Shown here piece after piece: positions 25,150-38,900 of a stretch of DNA of 64,000 nucleotides. Both the position numbers and the translations under genes were made by a program. Under the pieces are notes generated by a model that searched no databases, had not been told where the DNA came from, and worked only from the letters and a program-made list of their open reading frames with translations. The number at the start of each line of letters is the position of its first letter. The stretch's first letter is position 1. This DNA comes from Basidiobolus meristosporus CBS 931.73 (Eukaryota; Fungi; Basidiobolomycota), in NCBI GenBank assembly GCA_002104905.1, contig MCFE01000377.1:1-64000 (forward strand), written 5' to 3'.

Positions 25150-27230
25150 CTTACAGTTAACAGAAAGCTAACAAGTGGTATGCATGGCTTGTCCAAGTAA
25201 TGGACCACTTGGTATCATTCAGCAAATGGAAATTTATTTAACAATTCTGGACTAGTATTGTTCACTGTAGGACTAATTTACAAGCCTAATTCTGCCACTC
25301 TCATTCAGATATATGATCCAATTATTACTCCCCTGCAGTCAAGATCAAACTAGCATTTTTACCAAGCAATATGAACTATCCCTGAAACTTTCACAGAATG
25401 CTCCTAATTGTTTAGGAGCTCTTCTTACTTGGTGCTATGGCTGTATCACCTCTGCAAAGGTATCATTACTGAGCTTCTTTATGAATCAACTACATTTCAA
25501 CTATCAGAATTAATTATTGATAAGTCTCTAATATCCAAATGCTTCCTGAATTGAAATGGGCTATGATCCTCAATTGCCTTAATCTGATCTAATGATGATA
25601 TCTACAAGTAAACAGAACAATACAAACATTTTCCCTGTAGAGGAGAGGCTTGATGGGGGGAACAACTGACTTTGGAGCATCAAGATGCAATCCACCTTGA
25701 GCAAGTAGAGCTTTAGAGTATAGTAACACCTATGAATGTAGAGCCTAAAGAAACAGCAGAGAAAGTCAAACAGTTTCAAGAGTGGGTGTTATGATCTACC
25801 ACTTGAGTGCTTAAGTTAGATCAGTGTTTAGTCAAATCAATTGTTTATATGTTTGGCCTATCAGTATATCAGTGTTATCAATCAAATCAGTAGCATTAGT
25901 CAGCAGATGAAACAGCAGATCCTTATCATACAGGAATAGGTATACTAAGTAGGATTTTATTGGGTAATGATGATGCATTCAAATAGGTCATCAGCCACAA
26001 TCTACATTAGAAAATACAATTAGTACGCAATTGATCTGGCAAAATTATATATAAGGAGCTTCTGGAGCCTCAATAAAAATCACATCAAGTTTTAGTCAAT
26101 ACAATACTAGCTAAACCCCCTATTCCTCTACAAATCTGATACCATGACTTGTAACAAAGTAAAGAAAAGCTTTTTTTGCCATTTGTTTCAGTGCACAAGA
26201 TTCCTTCATTGGACTAATTCATGCTTCTAATACTGACAATGCAGCATAGTAATCCGTAAAAAGATCATCAGAGCAAAGTCATTATCAGGCAAGCATTATT
26301 TAGAAGGAGAGTACTTCAATGCAGGAAAGAAGCCAGAGGATGACATGCTACAGCTTATTGCCTCACAATATTAATGCTGATGCAAATGATGAAGAAACAT
26401 AATCTGTCTGCTTTGCAGCTTACTGGACAAGTACAAGCTACTCATACCTTCTTTTGAGAGCAGAGAAGACAATCTGACCTTAGACTGTGTCAAAGGAAGA
26501 CTTCTTCTGGAAGAACGCTGATGTAATGACTATGACAAGGAAGCTAAAGATAATGCTTTATTCAGCCCTGAGAGGCACACCAAAAAGAAGGGAAAACAAC
26601 CAAGCCAATAAAATCTGGTTGCTGTAAGAACTGTACAACGCCTAGACACTGGGCAAGTGAATTCAAGTAGAAGCAAGCTGACAAAAAACAGAAACTACAG
26701 CAGGCATACCATATAGCTACAGATGAGCAAGCATTTCTAAGTGAACAAGAGAGTGCAAGTGGTCACAGTAATGAATGGTATATGGACTCTGGAGTATCAG
26801 AGCATATTTATGGTATAAAGGGGAGGCTTACTAGCTCAAAGACTATTCCTGTTAAAAAGGTTTATCTGGAAGATAACTATGCACATGAAGCTCCTTCAGC
26901 AGGTCTATACAGCCAAAAATCAGTGATATCTCAGGGAAAACAAGAGCACAACTAACTGATGTACTTTGTGTGCCTGGAATAACTAAGCTCCTATACTCAG
27001 TGAGTAGAGCAGCTACTCAGGGGCTGAAACTTATATCACTTGGTTCAGAGGCTCAATATTGAGTGAAAATGCACAAAATTAGCTTTGGGATATAGATATC
27101 ATAAAAAATGCAAGTTTCAATGCAATAATATTTTACAAAGTCTCTGAATTTTGCTGAAACTCATGAACCTAACTGTGCAACATGGCACCAGGGGCTAGTA
27201 CACATTGGGGAATAACCTAGTTTGTAGGTT
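25150..27230 (+). mobile_element. Decayed Copia remnant (possible LTR, PBS-like GGCTATGATCC, gag, zinc knuckle, protease, pre-integrase) interrupted by a Gypsy solo LTR
   Basis: EERLDGGN (gag); FESREDNLTLDCVKGRLLLEE near 26450-26515; EWYMDSGVSEH near 26774-26806; WHQGLVHIG near 27183. Confidence 0.7.
25787..26156 (+). repeat. Gypsy-family solo LTR (diverged)
   Basis: TGTTATGATC...TGTAACA, ~370 bp, homologous to 13390-13757; no internal sequence on either side; no matching TSD. Confidence 0.9.
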
Positions 27231-27237
27231 CTGTGCT

Positions 27238-27325
27238 AATTATTAGCAATTTAGGAAGTATAGCATTTTTGAAAAATCTGATACTTGTGCAAATGAGCTG
27301 AAACTTGGAACATGTACTCCCAAGA
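27238..27325 (+). repeat. Fragment of the 35992-type Copia LTR family, inverted relative to 35992-36340
   Basis: aaatctga.acttgt.caaatgagctgaaacttgg.acatgtactc is the reverse complement of 36147-36200. Confidence 0.6.
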
Positions 27326-27408
27326 CTTCCCTGAATATGAGCAAGTAGCTACATACACATTGTTTTGCACAAGTGTAAAACTGCTTTTTAACTAAATAAA
27401 TCAACAAG

Positions 27409-30400
27409 TGTAACAAGTCTTGGTATAAGAGTTGTAGAAGAATAGGGAGCTTAGCTAGTATCGTTTTCACTGAAACCTGAACTGATTTTTATTGAGGTTC
27501 CAGCAGCTCCTTATATACATTTTGCCAGATCAATTGCTGACTAATTGTATATCCTAATGTAGGTTGTGGCTTATGACTCATCTGATTGCATCATCATCAC
27601 CCAATAAGATCCAACTTAATATATCTATTTCTGTCTGATAAGGATCTGCTGATTCATTTGCTGACTAATGCTACTGATTTGATAGACGGTACTGATATAC
27701 TGATAACCTAAACATATAACTAATTGATTTGACTAAAAACTGATCTAACTTAAACATTCAAGTGGCAGATCATAACATTCTCTCCTACTAAAGTTGAGAG
27801 GGTTCTCCTTAATCTCTTTTCTTGTGATACCAATATCTTGATGGTTCAGTATTGTCAGCAAGTCTTGCAAGCTTGAGTCTGTCTCTATGAGCTAAATCTT
27901 CCCCAATATTCCCTTGTTTATCTACTAGTTGGTAAGTTGCAAATGGACAATCTCTGATGATCTTGAATGGTCCTGTCCATTGTGGCTCAAACTTTTACTG
28001 AGTGTTGTTTCTTAGCAAAACAAAGTTCCCAACTGTCAATGCTTCTGGTGCTATAGTCTTATCAAATCTCTGCTTCATCTTTCTGCACTTTGAGATACTT
28101 TGGCCTGTGCCTTTTGTCATCTTTGTTCCAATTACTGGTGTCTACTGGTCTGACTAAGTTCATCTTCTAAGGAATCTGTAAGCTTTGGTTGTGTGAGATC
28201 TCCTGGAATCCTTGGTTCACATCCATACACTAAGTAACATGGTGATTGTAGGGTAGTGTTGTGCACTCTAACTCTGCAGGCAAAAAGTGCTTGATCTATA
28301 TACTCATCCCATCTACTGACAATTCCATTTGCATACTTGGTCAGCATTTTTCCAAATAATCCATTAAACAGCTCAGTAACTCCATTAGTTCTGGGGTGAT
28401 ATGCCAAGGTTTTCAAGTGTCTAATCTGCTGCATTTACAGGTAAGCCTCTAATGTCTTTGCCATAAAGTTTGCTCCTCTATCAGATAAGATCTCCACAGG
28501 GCATCCAAACTTTATCAGGAGCTCATGGTAAATGAAACTTGCAACTTCTTGTTCACTGGCTATTGGTACAGCTTCAGTCACTGGCCATTTAGTGGCATGG
28601 TCAATTGCTACTAGGATCCAATGGTTGCATCTCCTGGTGGTTGGCAGTCATCCAATAAAGTCAATTCCCCATCTTTCAAATGGTCTTACAGGCTCCAAAG
28701 GGAAGCGTTTGGCAATTTTTTGTGGCTGGACTTGATTGATTTGGCAGTTTGGGCATGTTTTCACTAGCTTCTCAATATCTTGTTTCATTCTGGGCCACCA
28801 TGCTCTGGCTTTCACAAGGCTATAGGTTCCTTCAATCCCAAGATGTCCATATCCATTGTGTAGCTTATATATTAAGTCCAGGCAAGCAACATAAGGACAA
28901 TAGGCAATAGGGCTTCCATCAACAATTTGGTAGAGTATTTCATCCTGTACAACAAATTTGCTGGCTTTATCCCGGATTATCTTCTTTATCTCTTCATCCA
29001 CCTCATTAGGAATGGCTTGGTACTTCAAGTATTATGGTAATAAGCTAGGCAATCTGATTCATGCACCAAGTTGAGTTGTGCAACTTGATCTAATCTTGAT
29101 AAGGCATCAGCAACTGTGTTGTTTTGTCCAGGGCAGTAGACAATCTCCAGGTCAAATTGCTGAATGTATTCACTCCATCTTGTCATTTGTCTGGATAGAA
29201 CCTTCTGAGTAAATATATACTTCAGTGAGGCATGACCAGTCTTTACAGTGCATTTGACTCCTTCAATATAGCATCTCCATGTCTTCAATCAGTGCATTAT
29301 AGCAAGCACATCCTTCTCATGGACTGGACAGTTTTGTTCTGCTGAGTTCAGTTTCTGGGATTCAAAGGCAACAGGGTAGTCTATTCCCTTGTGTTTTTGG
29401 CTCAGCACTCCACCAATTGCATATTCTGAAGCATCTGTGCACAGAGTGAACTCTTTTCTGAAGTCTGGTATTCTTAAGCTTGGCAGCTTAGCAGGTTCTT
29501 TCTTGAGCATCTGGAAGGCAGTCTCACACGCTATGTCCCACTTGTAGGTATTGTCTTTCTTGAGGATATCATTTAAAGGGGCTGCAATACTTGCAAAAGA
29601 CTTGACAAATCTCCAATAATAGGAAACCATTCCAAGGAATGATCTGAGCTCTGAAATGCTATGGGGCTGCTTCAGATTCTTGATTACTTCCACCTTCTTA
29701 GGGTCTAAGGTTACTCCTGTGCTAGTCACTATGTGTCCCAGATATACAACATGTTCCTTGAAGAATTCACACTTGGCTAGCTTTCCATATAGCTTGTTCC
29801 CTCTTAGCTTCTTCAGGACCTTTTCAATGTGTACCAAGTGATCCTCTTATGTCTTGCTGTATATCAATATGTCATCTAGCTAATTATCACAAACTTGTCT
29901 AAGTACTCCTGGAAGACAGTCTGCATCAGGGTCATGAATGTTGCAGGGGCATTGGTAAGTCCAAAGCTCATGACTAAGTACTTGTAATGTCCATATCTGG
30001 TCCTGAATGCTGTCTTAGGGATATCTACTGGCTTCACCTAATCTGGTTGTATCCTGACATGAGGTCAATCTTGCCAAATATGGCGGCCCGATTAAGTTGG
30101 TCCAAAAGCTGATTAATCCAAGGTGTGGGGTACTTATTCTTAATGGTCACTGAGTTGAGGGCTCTGTAGTCAATGCACATCCTAAGTGTTCCATCCTTCT
30201 TCTTCACAAAAGTACTGGTGCTCTCCAAGGTGACTTGCTGGGTCTGATGTATCTTTGCACAAGGAGACTGAAGTTGATTTGGTAGGTTCTTAGTTGATTC
30301 CAGCTTTCAAGGCAAATTGTTCTGACATGTACTCATGTGATACTCCTGAGTCAAACATGATTTTGGCAGGTACTCCATTGATTACTCAATTTAAGTACAA

Positions 30401-31781
30401 TAACTTCCCTGAGTCTGAGGTCATTTGGGACAAGTACTCTTCTGTCATATGGAAGGTAAGTTCTGAGTCTTCTTCAAGCTCATCCTCACCATTACTGTGT
30501 TCATGGGACTCAATATGGTTGAAGGTTCTTGTTGGCTGGTGTCCATTTTGTCTCTGGGGGCAGTACTTTAAGATGTGTCCTTGCTGGTGGCAATTGAAAC
30601 AAAGTCCTTTCTTCCAGCATTCTTCTGAGATAGGGTTCTTCTGCATAGCATCTATTTCCATTGGTACTGCTTCTGACTGTCTTCTTTCATAATGATTGTG
30701 GCCTTTCTGGTTAGTCACTGTAGGCTTCCCAACTCCAAACATAGCTGAGTCATAGTCAATGGCAATCTTGATGGCTTTTTCAATAGTCTGAGGTCTTCAA
30801 TAATTAACTTCCTTGTGAGTTCTTTCTTTCTACCCATCAATAAAGTATTCAACTTGACCCAGGGGTCCATTCTTTCAAATTGTCCAAGTAGACATCTGTA
30901 CTCATAGATGTATTCTTGAACCATTCCTTTCTGTCTGAGTGTCTTTAACTTCTTTCTTAGTAGTGTCTGCTGGTGTGGAGGTTCAAAAGCATCCTGAATT
31001 TCCAACACAAGCTCATCCCAGGTAGAGATTGTAGAGCATCCCATCATAGTGGCTGACCTGATCTTGTTTTGGTACCACTGTAAAGCTGCATCTGCCAGGT
31101 AAGAAGCTGCATAATGCAATTTGCTTTCTGGAACAATTCCTTTAGCTTTAAAAGCTTCTTCAATCTTAAAGAGCCAAGTTCCCAGGTTTTCATTGACTCT
31201 GCCATGGTACCGGTTGACCTTCACACTAAAGTTGCTCTTGACAGGGCTTTGCCGGCTCTGAGCCTTGGTAGTCATTCCTTGTTGCTGTTGGCTGAGGATC
31301 TGGGGTAACTGTTGCTGTTGGGCCAGGATTTGCTGCATGGCATTCTTCCATTCTTGATTGTCCAACATCTTGAGGGTGGTTTCTTCTTTCTTCTGGAGGG
31401 AGGTTTCTGGTTATTGCTGCTACCAATGTTACAAGTCTTGGTATAAGAGTTGTAGAAGAATAGGGAGTTTAGCTAGTATTGTATTCACTAAAACTTGAAC
31501 TGATTTTTATTGAAGTTCCAGCAGCTCCATATATACCTTTTGCCAGATCATTTGCTGACTAATTGTATTTCCTAATGTAGGCTGTGGCTGATGACTCATT
31601 TGATTGCATCATCATCACCCAATAAGATCCTACTTAATATATTTATTTCTGTCTGATAAGGATCTGCTTATTCATTTACTGACTAAAGCTACTGATTTGA
31701 TGGATAATACTGATATACTGATAACCTAAACATATAAATAATTGAATTGCCTAAAAACTGATCCAACTTAAACATTCAAGC
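27409..31781 (-). mobile_element. Decayed Ty3/Gypsy copy C with an internal deletion (protease-to-RT linker) and a slightly truncated 5' LTR
   Basis: LTRs 27409-27777 and 31427-31781; PBS at 31416-31426; the junction near 30263 joins protease STSVS to RT QGYIR; many stops. Confidence 0.93.
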
Positions 31782-31849
31782 ACATGGAAATATCATGTAA
31801 ATCTTCTAATTCTCCATTTTGCTTTTAATATAGCTCTCTGATATTTCAA

Positions 31850-32395
31850 CATATACTTTTTGTTATTTACTAATAGCTAGACAAGATATACATGGGTGTA
31901 CTTCTCCAAGACAAAGGATGAGGTTTTAGAGATGTCTAAGCATATCCAGAATATGGTATAATAACACACTGGGTGGATATTGAAGTTACTTTGAGGTAAT
32001 AATGGAGGGGAATACTGCTCAAGAAACTTGCAAAGTACTACTCAACTACTGGTGTTCTTCAACAGACCACTGTCCTACAAACTCCACAGTAAAATTAATT
32101 AGCAGAAGATGTAAATATAAAAAAAGTAGAGATGGGAAGATATATATCACAAGAGAAGGGAATGGACTGCAGGGTCTGGGCTGAATCTGTTGATACCAAA
32201 GTAAAAATCAGAAATGAATGCCCAAAAACAGCACTGCGTGATTCTACACTCTTTGAAGCAAACACAGGTAAAAAAGCAGACCTCCAGCACCTCAGACTCT
32301 TGAGCAGTGATCTTTTCTATTGTGTGCATGCTAAAAAAAGCTCAAAGTTTGAACCAAAAAGTAGAAAAGGGATCTTTTTTGGCTGTTGTGAAGGT
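31850..32395 (+). mobile_element. Decayed Copia integrase fragment
   Basis: RYTWVYFSKTKDEV near 31882-31925; SKFEPKSRKGIFFGC near 32342-32390. Confidence 0.7.
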
Positions 32396-32401
32396 ACTAC
32401 C

Positions 32402-32563
32402 ATTGTGATGAAAATTTTGACCAAGTTTTTTGTGAAATATGAGATGGGATTATTTTTCAATGGTGTCTGCACAGCATCCTGCCAGGATCAGTGCCTCTTA
32501 ATCACAAAACTTCAAATCTTTAACAGCCTTTTGATGGGATCGTCACAATAATTTGTTATAAGG
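32402..32563 (-). repeat. Fragment of the CACTA-like terminal sequence
   Basis: ttgtgatgaaaattttgaccaagttttttgtgaaat...cagtgcctcttaatcac matches 40385-40480; ends in a degraded TTTTTCATAGGG. Confidence 0.65.
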
Positions 32564-32598
32564 AGATCAAACTAGCACTTTTACCAGACATAATATAC

Positions 32599-35500
32599 TG
32601 TTACAAGTCTGGATATAAGGGTTGAAGAGGAATAGGGAGTTTAGCTAGTATTGTATTCACTAAATCTTGAATTTGTTTCTATGAGGTTCTAGCAGCTCCT
32701 TATATACATTTTGCCAGTTCAATTGCTGACAAATTGTTTTTCCTAATGTAGGTTGTGGCTGTTGACTCACTTGATTGCATCATCATCACCCAGTTATATG
32801 GTCCTTAATATATCTATTTCTGAATAATAGGGATCTGCTGAGTTATCTGATGACTGATACTACTGATCTCATGGATAACACTGATACACTGATTGGCTAG
32901 ACATAAACTTATTGATTTGATCAAAAACTGATATAACTTAAGCATTCAAGCGGTAGATCATAACATTCTTGCCTACTGAAGCTGAGAGGGTTCTCCACAA
33001 TCTCTTTCCTTGTGATACTAATATTGTGATGGTTCATTATTGTCAGCAAGTATTGCTAGCTTGAGTCTGTCTCTATGAACTAAGTTTTCCCAGATATCAC
33101 CTTGTTTGTCCACTAGTTGGTAAGTAGAAAATGAGCATTCTCTGATGATCTTGAAAGTCCTGTTTGTTGTGGCTCAATCTTCTTGTGGATGTTGTTTCTT
33201 AGCAACACAGAGTTCCAAACTGTCAAGGTTTCTGTGGATATAGTCTTATAAAATCTCTGCTTCATCTTTTCTGCACTTTGAATACTTTGGCTTGTACCTC
33301 TTGGTGTCTTTGTTCCAGCTGCTGGTGTCTACTTGGTGGACTGAGCTCATTTTCTTAGGCATCTGTAAGCTTTGGTTGTGTGAGCTCCCCAGAAATTCTT
33401 GGTTCACATTTATACACTAGGTAAAATGGCAATTGTTTGGTGGTGTTAGGCACTGTGACTCTGCAGCTAAAAAGTGCTTGGTCTGTATACTTGTGATACC
33501 TACTGACAGCTCCATTTGCATACTTGGTCAGTATTTTTCCATATAGTACATGAACCGCTCAGTGACTCCATTGGTTCTAGGGTGATATGCTAAGGTTTTA
33601 AGTGTTTAATCTGCTGCATTACTAGGTGAGCTTCCAATGTCTTTGCCATAAAGTTTGCTCCTCAATTGGATAAAATCCCCACAGGGCACCCAAATATCAT
33701 AAGGATCTCATGATAGATGAAACTTGCAACTTCCTGTTCACTGGCTAGAGGTGCCACTCTGGCCATCAACCATTTGGTGGCATAATCAATTGCTGCAAGA
33801 ATCCAATGGTGCATTTCCTGGTGGTTGGCAGTCTTACAATAAAGTCAATTCCCCATCTCTCAAAGGGTCTTACTGGCTGTGAGGGAAAGAGTTCAGCAAC
33901 TCTATGTGGTTGGCCTTGGTTAATATGGCAATTTGGGCATGTTTTCACTAACTTCTCAGTATTTTGTTTCATTCCAGGCCACCATGCTCTGGCTTTCACA
34001 AGGCTATAGGTTCCTTCAATATCCAAGATGTTCATATCAATTCTGATGCTGATGTATTACATGCAGGCAAGTAACATAAGGGCATTGGGCAATAGGGCTT
34101 TCATCAGCAATTTGGCAAAGTGATTCATCCTGTATTACAAACTTGCTGGCTTCTTCTTGGATTATCTTCATGCTCCCTTCATCCACCTCATTAGGAATGG
34201 CTTGGTCCTCCAAGTAGTCTGTTATATGCCAGGCCAATCTAATTCATGCACCAGGTTGAGTTGTTTAACTTGTTCTAGTCTTGATGAGGCATCAGCAACC
34301 ATGTTGTTTTTCCCAGAGCAGTGGACTATCTCCTTGTCAAATTGTTAAATGTATTCACTCCATCTTGTCATTCTTCCAGATAGTACCTTCTGAATAAATT
34401 TATACTTGAGTGAGGTATGATCAGTCATCATAGTGCACTTGACTCCTACAATGTAGCATCTCCAGGTATTTAAGCAGTGTATTATGACATGCATCTCCTT
34501 CTCAATCACTGGATTGTTCAGTTCTGCTGAGTTCATTTTCTTAGACTCAAAATTATCTGGGTAGTCTCTTCCCTCATGATCTTGGCTCAGCACTGCACCA
34601 ATTGCATAGTCTGAAGCTACTGTGCACAGAATAAGCTCTTTTCTGAAGTGTGGGATTTTCAAGCTTGGCAGTCTCACAGGCTATGCCCCACTTCATAGTG
34701 TTGCCATTCTTGAGAATATGAGTTAAAGGGGCTGCTATACTTGCAAAGAACTTGACCAATCTCCAATAATAGGAGATCATTGTAAGGAATAATCTGATTA
34801 CTAATTTGCTATGGGGCTGCTTCAGATTCTTGATGACTTCAGCATTCTTGGGGTCTGAGGTCACTCCTGTGCTAGTCACTATGTGTTCCAGGTATTCAAC
34901 ATGTTTGTTCAAAAATTCATGTTTAGCTAGCTGCCATACCGCTTGTTCTCTCTTAGCTTCTTCAAGTCCTTTTCAATGTACACTAAGTGTTCCTCTTCTG
35001 TCTTACTGTATCTCATTTTGTCATCTAGGTATATTACTGCAAACCTGTCTGAGTATTTCTGAAGGACTGTTTGCATCAAGGTCATGAGTGTTGCAGGGGC
35101 ATTTATTGGGCCAAAACTGAGGACTGAGTACTTGTAATATCCATATCTGGTCCTGAATGCTGTCTTGGGGATGTCTTATGGTTTCACCCTAATCATATTG
35201 TATCCTGACATAAGGTCAATCTAGCTGAAAATAATGGCTCCGTTGAGTTGGTCCAAACACTCATCATTCCAAGGTATGCGGTACTTATTCTTCACAATAA
35301 CTGAGTTGAGGGTTCTGTAGTCAATGCACATCCCAAGTGTTCTATCTTTCTTTGTCACAAAAAGAACTGGTGCTCCTCTAGGTGACTTGCTGGTTCTGAT
35401 ATATCCTTGCACCAATAATGTATGTATTTGTCTCATGTAATGCTCCAAAGTATCCTGAATTTTGAACTCAAACTCTTCCCAGGTAGAGATTGTAGATCAT

Positions 35501-35712
35501 CCCATCATATTGGCTGACCTGATCTTGTTTTAGGACTGCTGTAAGGTGCATCTGCTAAGTAAGAAGCTGCATAATGCAACTTGTTTCTGGAGCAGTTCCT
35601 TTAGCCCTGAAAGCTTTCTCATTCTGGAAGAGCCAAGTTCCCAGGTTTTCATTGACTCTACCATGTTACTAGTTGACCTTCACATTAAGGTTGCTCTTGA
35701 CAGGGCTTTGCT
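32599..35712 (-). mobile_element. Older decayed Ty3/Gypsy copy D; 3' LTR 32599-32965, 5'-truncated, gag-to-RT deletion
   Basis: LTR and PPT; RT/RNaseH/IN remnants in ORFs 33766-35448; the junction near 35445 jumps from the RT start to gag. Confidence 0.9.
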
Positions 35713-35795
35713 GGTAATTCAAGCAGTAAATCATAACTGTATTAACCATGCACCTCTTACAGCGTGATCCTGAGTGTTAAGACACTCCCCTCACT
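35713..35795 (-). repeat. PPT plus the start of a third LTR family (AGTGAGGGGAG-TGTCTTAACAC)
   Basis: Purine tract followed by TGT on the minus strand at 35795-35774; only ~70 bp of LTR remains. Confidence 0.4.
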
Positions 35796-35991
35796 TGATG
35801 TTAAGGTTGTAGTATTTCTACAATGGTATAAATACTGAGCTTCTATATAAATACACAACAGTTCAACTATTCTCATTTATTCTTAATAAGTTCCTTATAT
35901 CCAAAACGCCTCTTAAGTTGCAACATGGCTGAGACTCTTCAATGAGTGACTTAATCCTTTCAGAATGCAAGTAAAGAATATGTTTGGATAC

Positions 35992-38900
35992 TGTTGAAAT
36001 ATTAGAGAGATATACTGGAAGTGAATTGGAGAATCAGAAGATTTACATGATATTCACTTGATGTTTTATTGAGTTGCAACACAGTATTTATACTTATTGC
36101 AGAACTACGTAAATGTGACTATTTGGTCATTATTAGCAGAGTCTGAGGAGTACATGTGCCAAGTTTCAGCTCATTTGGACAAGTTTCAGATTTTCCTAAA
36201 ATTCTGTACTTCTCTAATTCCTAATAATTAGTAAATATCTTACAAACTAATTTCCATGTTGATAATCTGAAATATATCACTTCACTAAGTGCTAGTTCAT
36301 ATTATATTAATTATTAGGTGGACTCCTAACTATTTCAACACTCCCACTCACATAATATATTCATATACTTATGAACTTGCTGTGGTGTTGTGTATCTTGC
36401 GGTTGAAATTAAGCCTGCAATTAACCATCTAACCTATTGGACTAATATATTCTCCAATATATGATAAGGATTGCATATTATCTGTAATAACTAAGTATAA
36501 GTCCATACTGTTTATTACATACTTCAGATCAAATTGCTTTGAGTCTGAACTCTGATCTCATCACGAATATCTATGAATGAGTATCATCAATTTGATTGGA
36601 GTAACACTTTTCAGATACTGATCAAATCCCCGCATAGTTTGTATCATCAGAGAGCTGCATTCTCAGGCTTTCTGCTGTTTCTTATTTGAGTAAAATTGGT
36701 CAACAATTGGCAAAGTTAGGAAGTGGTCTTCTCTCCAGTAGATCTGGATCATCCACAGTTCCGGTCTATAGTCTAATTCACTTAGACTATCCTCCATATA
36801 TCCATAACTGTATCTGGATAGTAACTTTCCTCATATACTCCATATATGATCTGCTGAGACCAACAATTGATCAGCATTGTAGTTGCCTTATTCTTCACCG
36901 GTTGACCAAGTATTTCTTCTTCCGGACTAGTGCCTTCAATGGTATCTAGCCTAGCTTTTCTTCATTCCTGATCTGGGATATTGTACTCCCACTGAAGCTA
37001 CATCTTCTGGTGCTTCCTGCCTTCTAAAACTGACTGCGATAGATTATATATATCCTTCTGATCTAGGCATTACTTTCTTGGACTGATATCACTGTTACGG
37101 TAATCAGATCTTCCCTTTGCATCTTGATAGGCTTGATTTGGTATCACAGCATACCACAGATTGATTGGCAGCTATTCATAGAGGCCTAATCCTAAACAGG
37201 ATAGATATGGTCTCATATGTACTATTGCGCTTGAACAGTACAACCTGATCTGGCACTTTCCAATTGCGTAAATCTACCATAATGTCTCTGATAAGCCACT
37301 GTTACTTCTGATAGAACCTTCCAGCATAGAGCTTGGTTGACAGTGCAAATATACAAGTCCATGATCTTCTGGACCCATTATAACCCTTAGGTTGGCCCTT
37401 GGTACCACCTCTCTAGCCTCCACTGCAAGTTAGTTGACTTCATTGTTCACCATAATTGTGATGTTACCTCTGAGTATGTAGGTTCTCTTGGACTGCTCTG
37501 CTGCTTTCCTTAGCAAAAATACTCCACTATCCTTGTGTGGTAGGATAACTGGATCATATCTAGTGTGCTAGATAGTCCAGATCTGGCCTAGGTATCACCT
37601 AACTCCATTTAGAAACTGGCAACTTATTGGCAGTAGGTTTTTGTTCCATATCTGGTCTTAAAGATGCTGGTTGCTGGAATTTCCTTATTGATCTAGATCT
37701 GGACCATACAGGTAGCATATCCACGGTTTGTTAGATCTCCCAGAGTGTTCAGGAACTTCCTGTCCTCAAAACATATTTATTGAGATGTTTCAACCAAACC
37801 GGTCATCCATTTGGATCTGGCATAACTTTTCACAGGCTTGATCAAATTTGATCAAGTAAACTTCCTTAAAAAGCCATTTCTCTCAGCATCTTGGTGGCAG
37901 ATATCTTTATTGCAGTTTGGCCCGTAGCTGGGAGCTGTAAGTAACTTGATCTGATCAGAATTGCATAATTAACATGCAATCCATGTTAATATAAATGATC
38001 CTTCATCACTGTATGTATGTGATATATGTACTAGTGTAGGGCAACTAGTACACTCCTTGATAGTACTTCATACATATTCTATAGTGTATATAGAGACTAT
38101 ATGCATATACTTTGGTCAAGGTCTCCGGTAGCACTTTTCTTGATGGCGGTAGAAATTCCATGCTTCAACATATATGGATATATCTTCTCCCACTGTTTCT
38201 GATACTTGATGTAGACATGTAGCTTGTCTAATAAGTGTCTCACAGAGCCTCAGGATCATTGGTACTGGAAATAGTACCACTGATATATCATGCGTACCAC
38301 TCCTAAGTTGGCATATCTGAGATCACTGATCTTTGGCCAAATATATAGGTATTATATATCATTTTGATCCTCAGAGTTTGGGCAAGCTGATCCATATATC
38401 TGTCGGCATATTCAACTCCAAACCAGGGCAGCAGGCAGCATCAGAGTGTTTGCGCATCATTTCATTTCAAGTGACTACAGACTTATGAAAATTCACTGCA
38501 GCAATGTGGGCACTTCATCAACTGAAATAGTCTAATCCAAACCCAGGTATATGTGGATTGGGATTACGCATTTTCTCAAAGCTTCATCCTTCTGCATATT
38601 CCATAACTTTTGAAATTTGTGCAACATGATCTCCTTGACATATGACCTTTTTCTTTGCTTAGTGTCTTCTTTAAGGGCAAAGGCCTCTCTCTCCAAAACA
38701 ATATATCCCATCTAGCAATTCTTTGCAGCAGCAGTACTTTTCTGTCTTTTGTAACTTCAGGTAGACCAGGCAGTCTTTCTCCAGAATAAAGACACAGCAC
38801 TAGAGAAAAGTAGACAACCAAGATAAAGCAAGCTTGGGGCTCATAACCTGTTAAATATTAGAGAGATATACTCGAAGTGAATTGGAGAATTAGAAGATTT

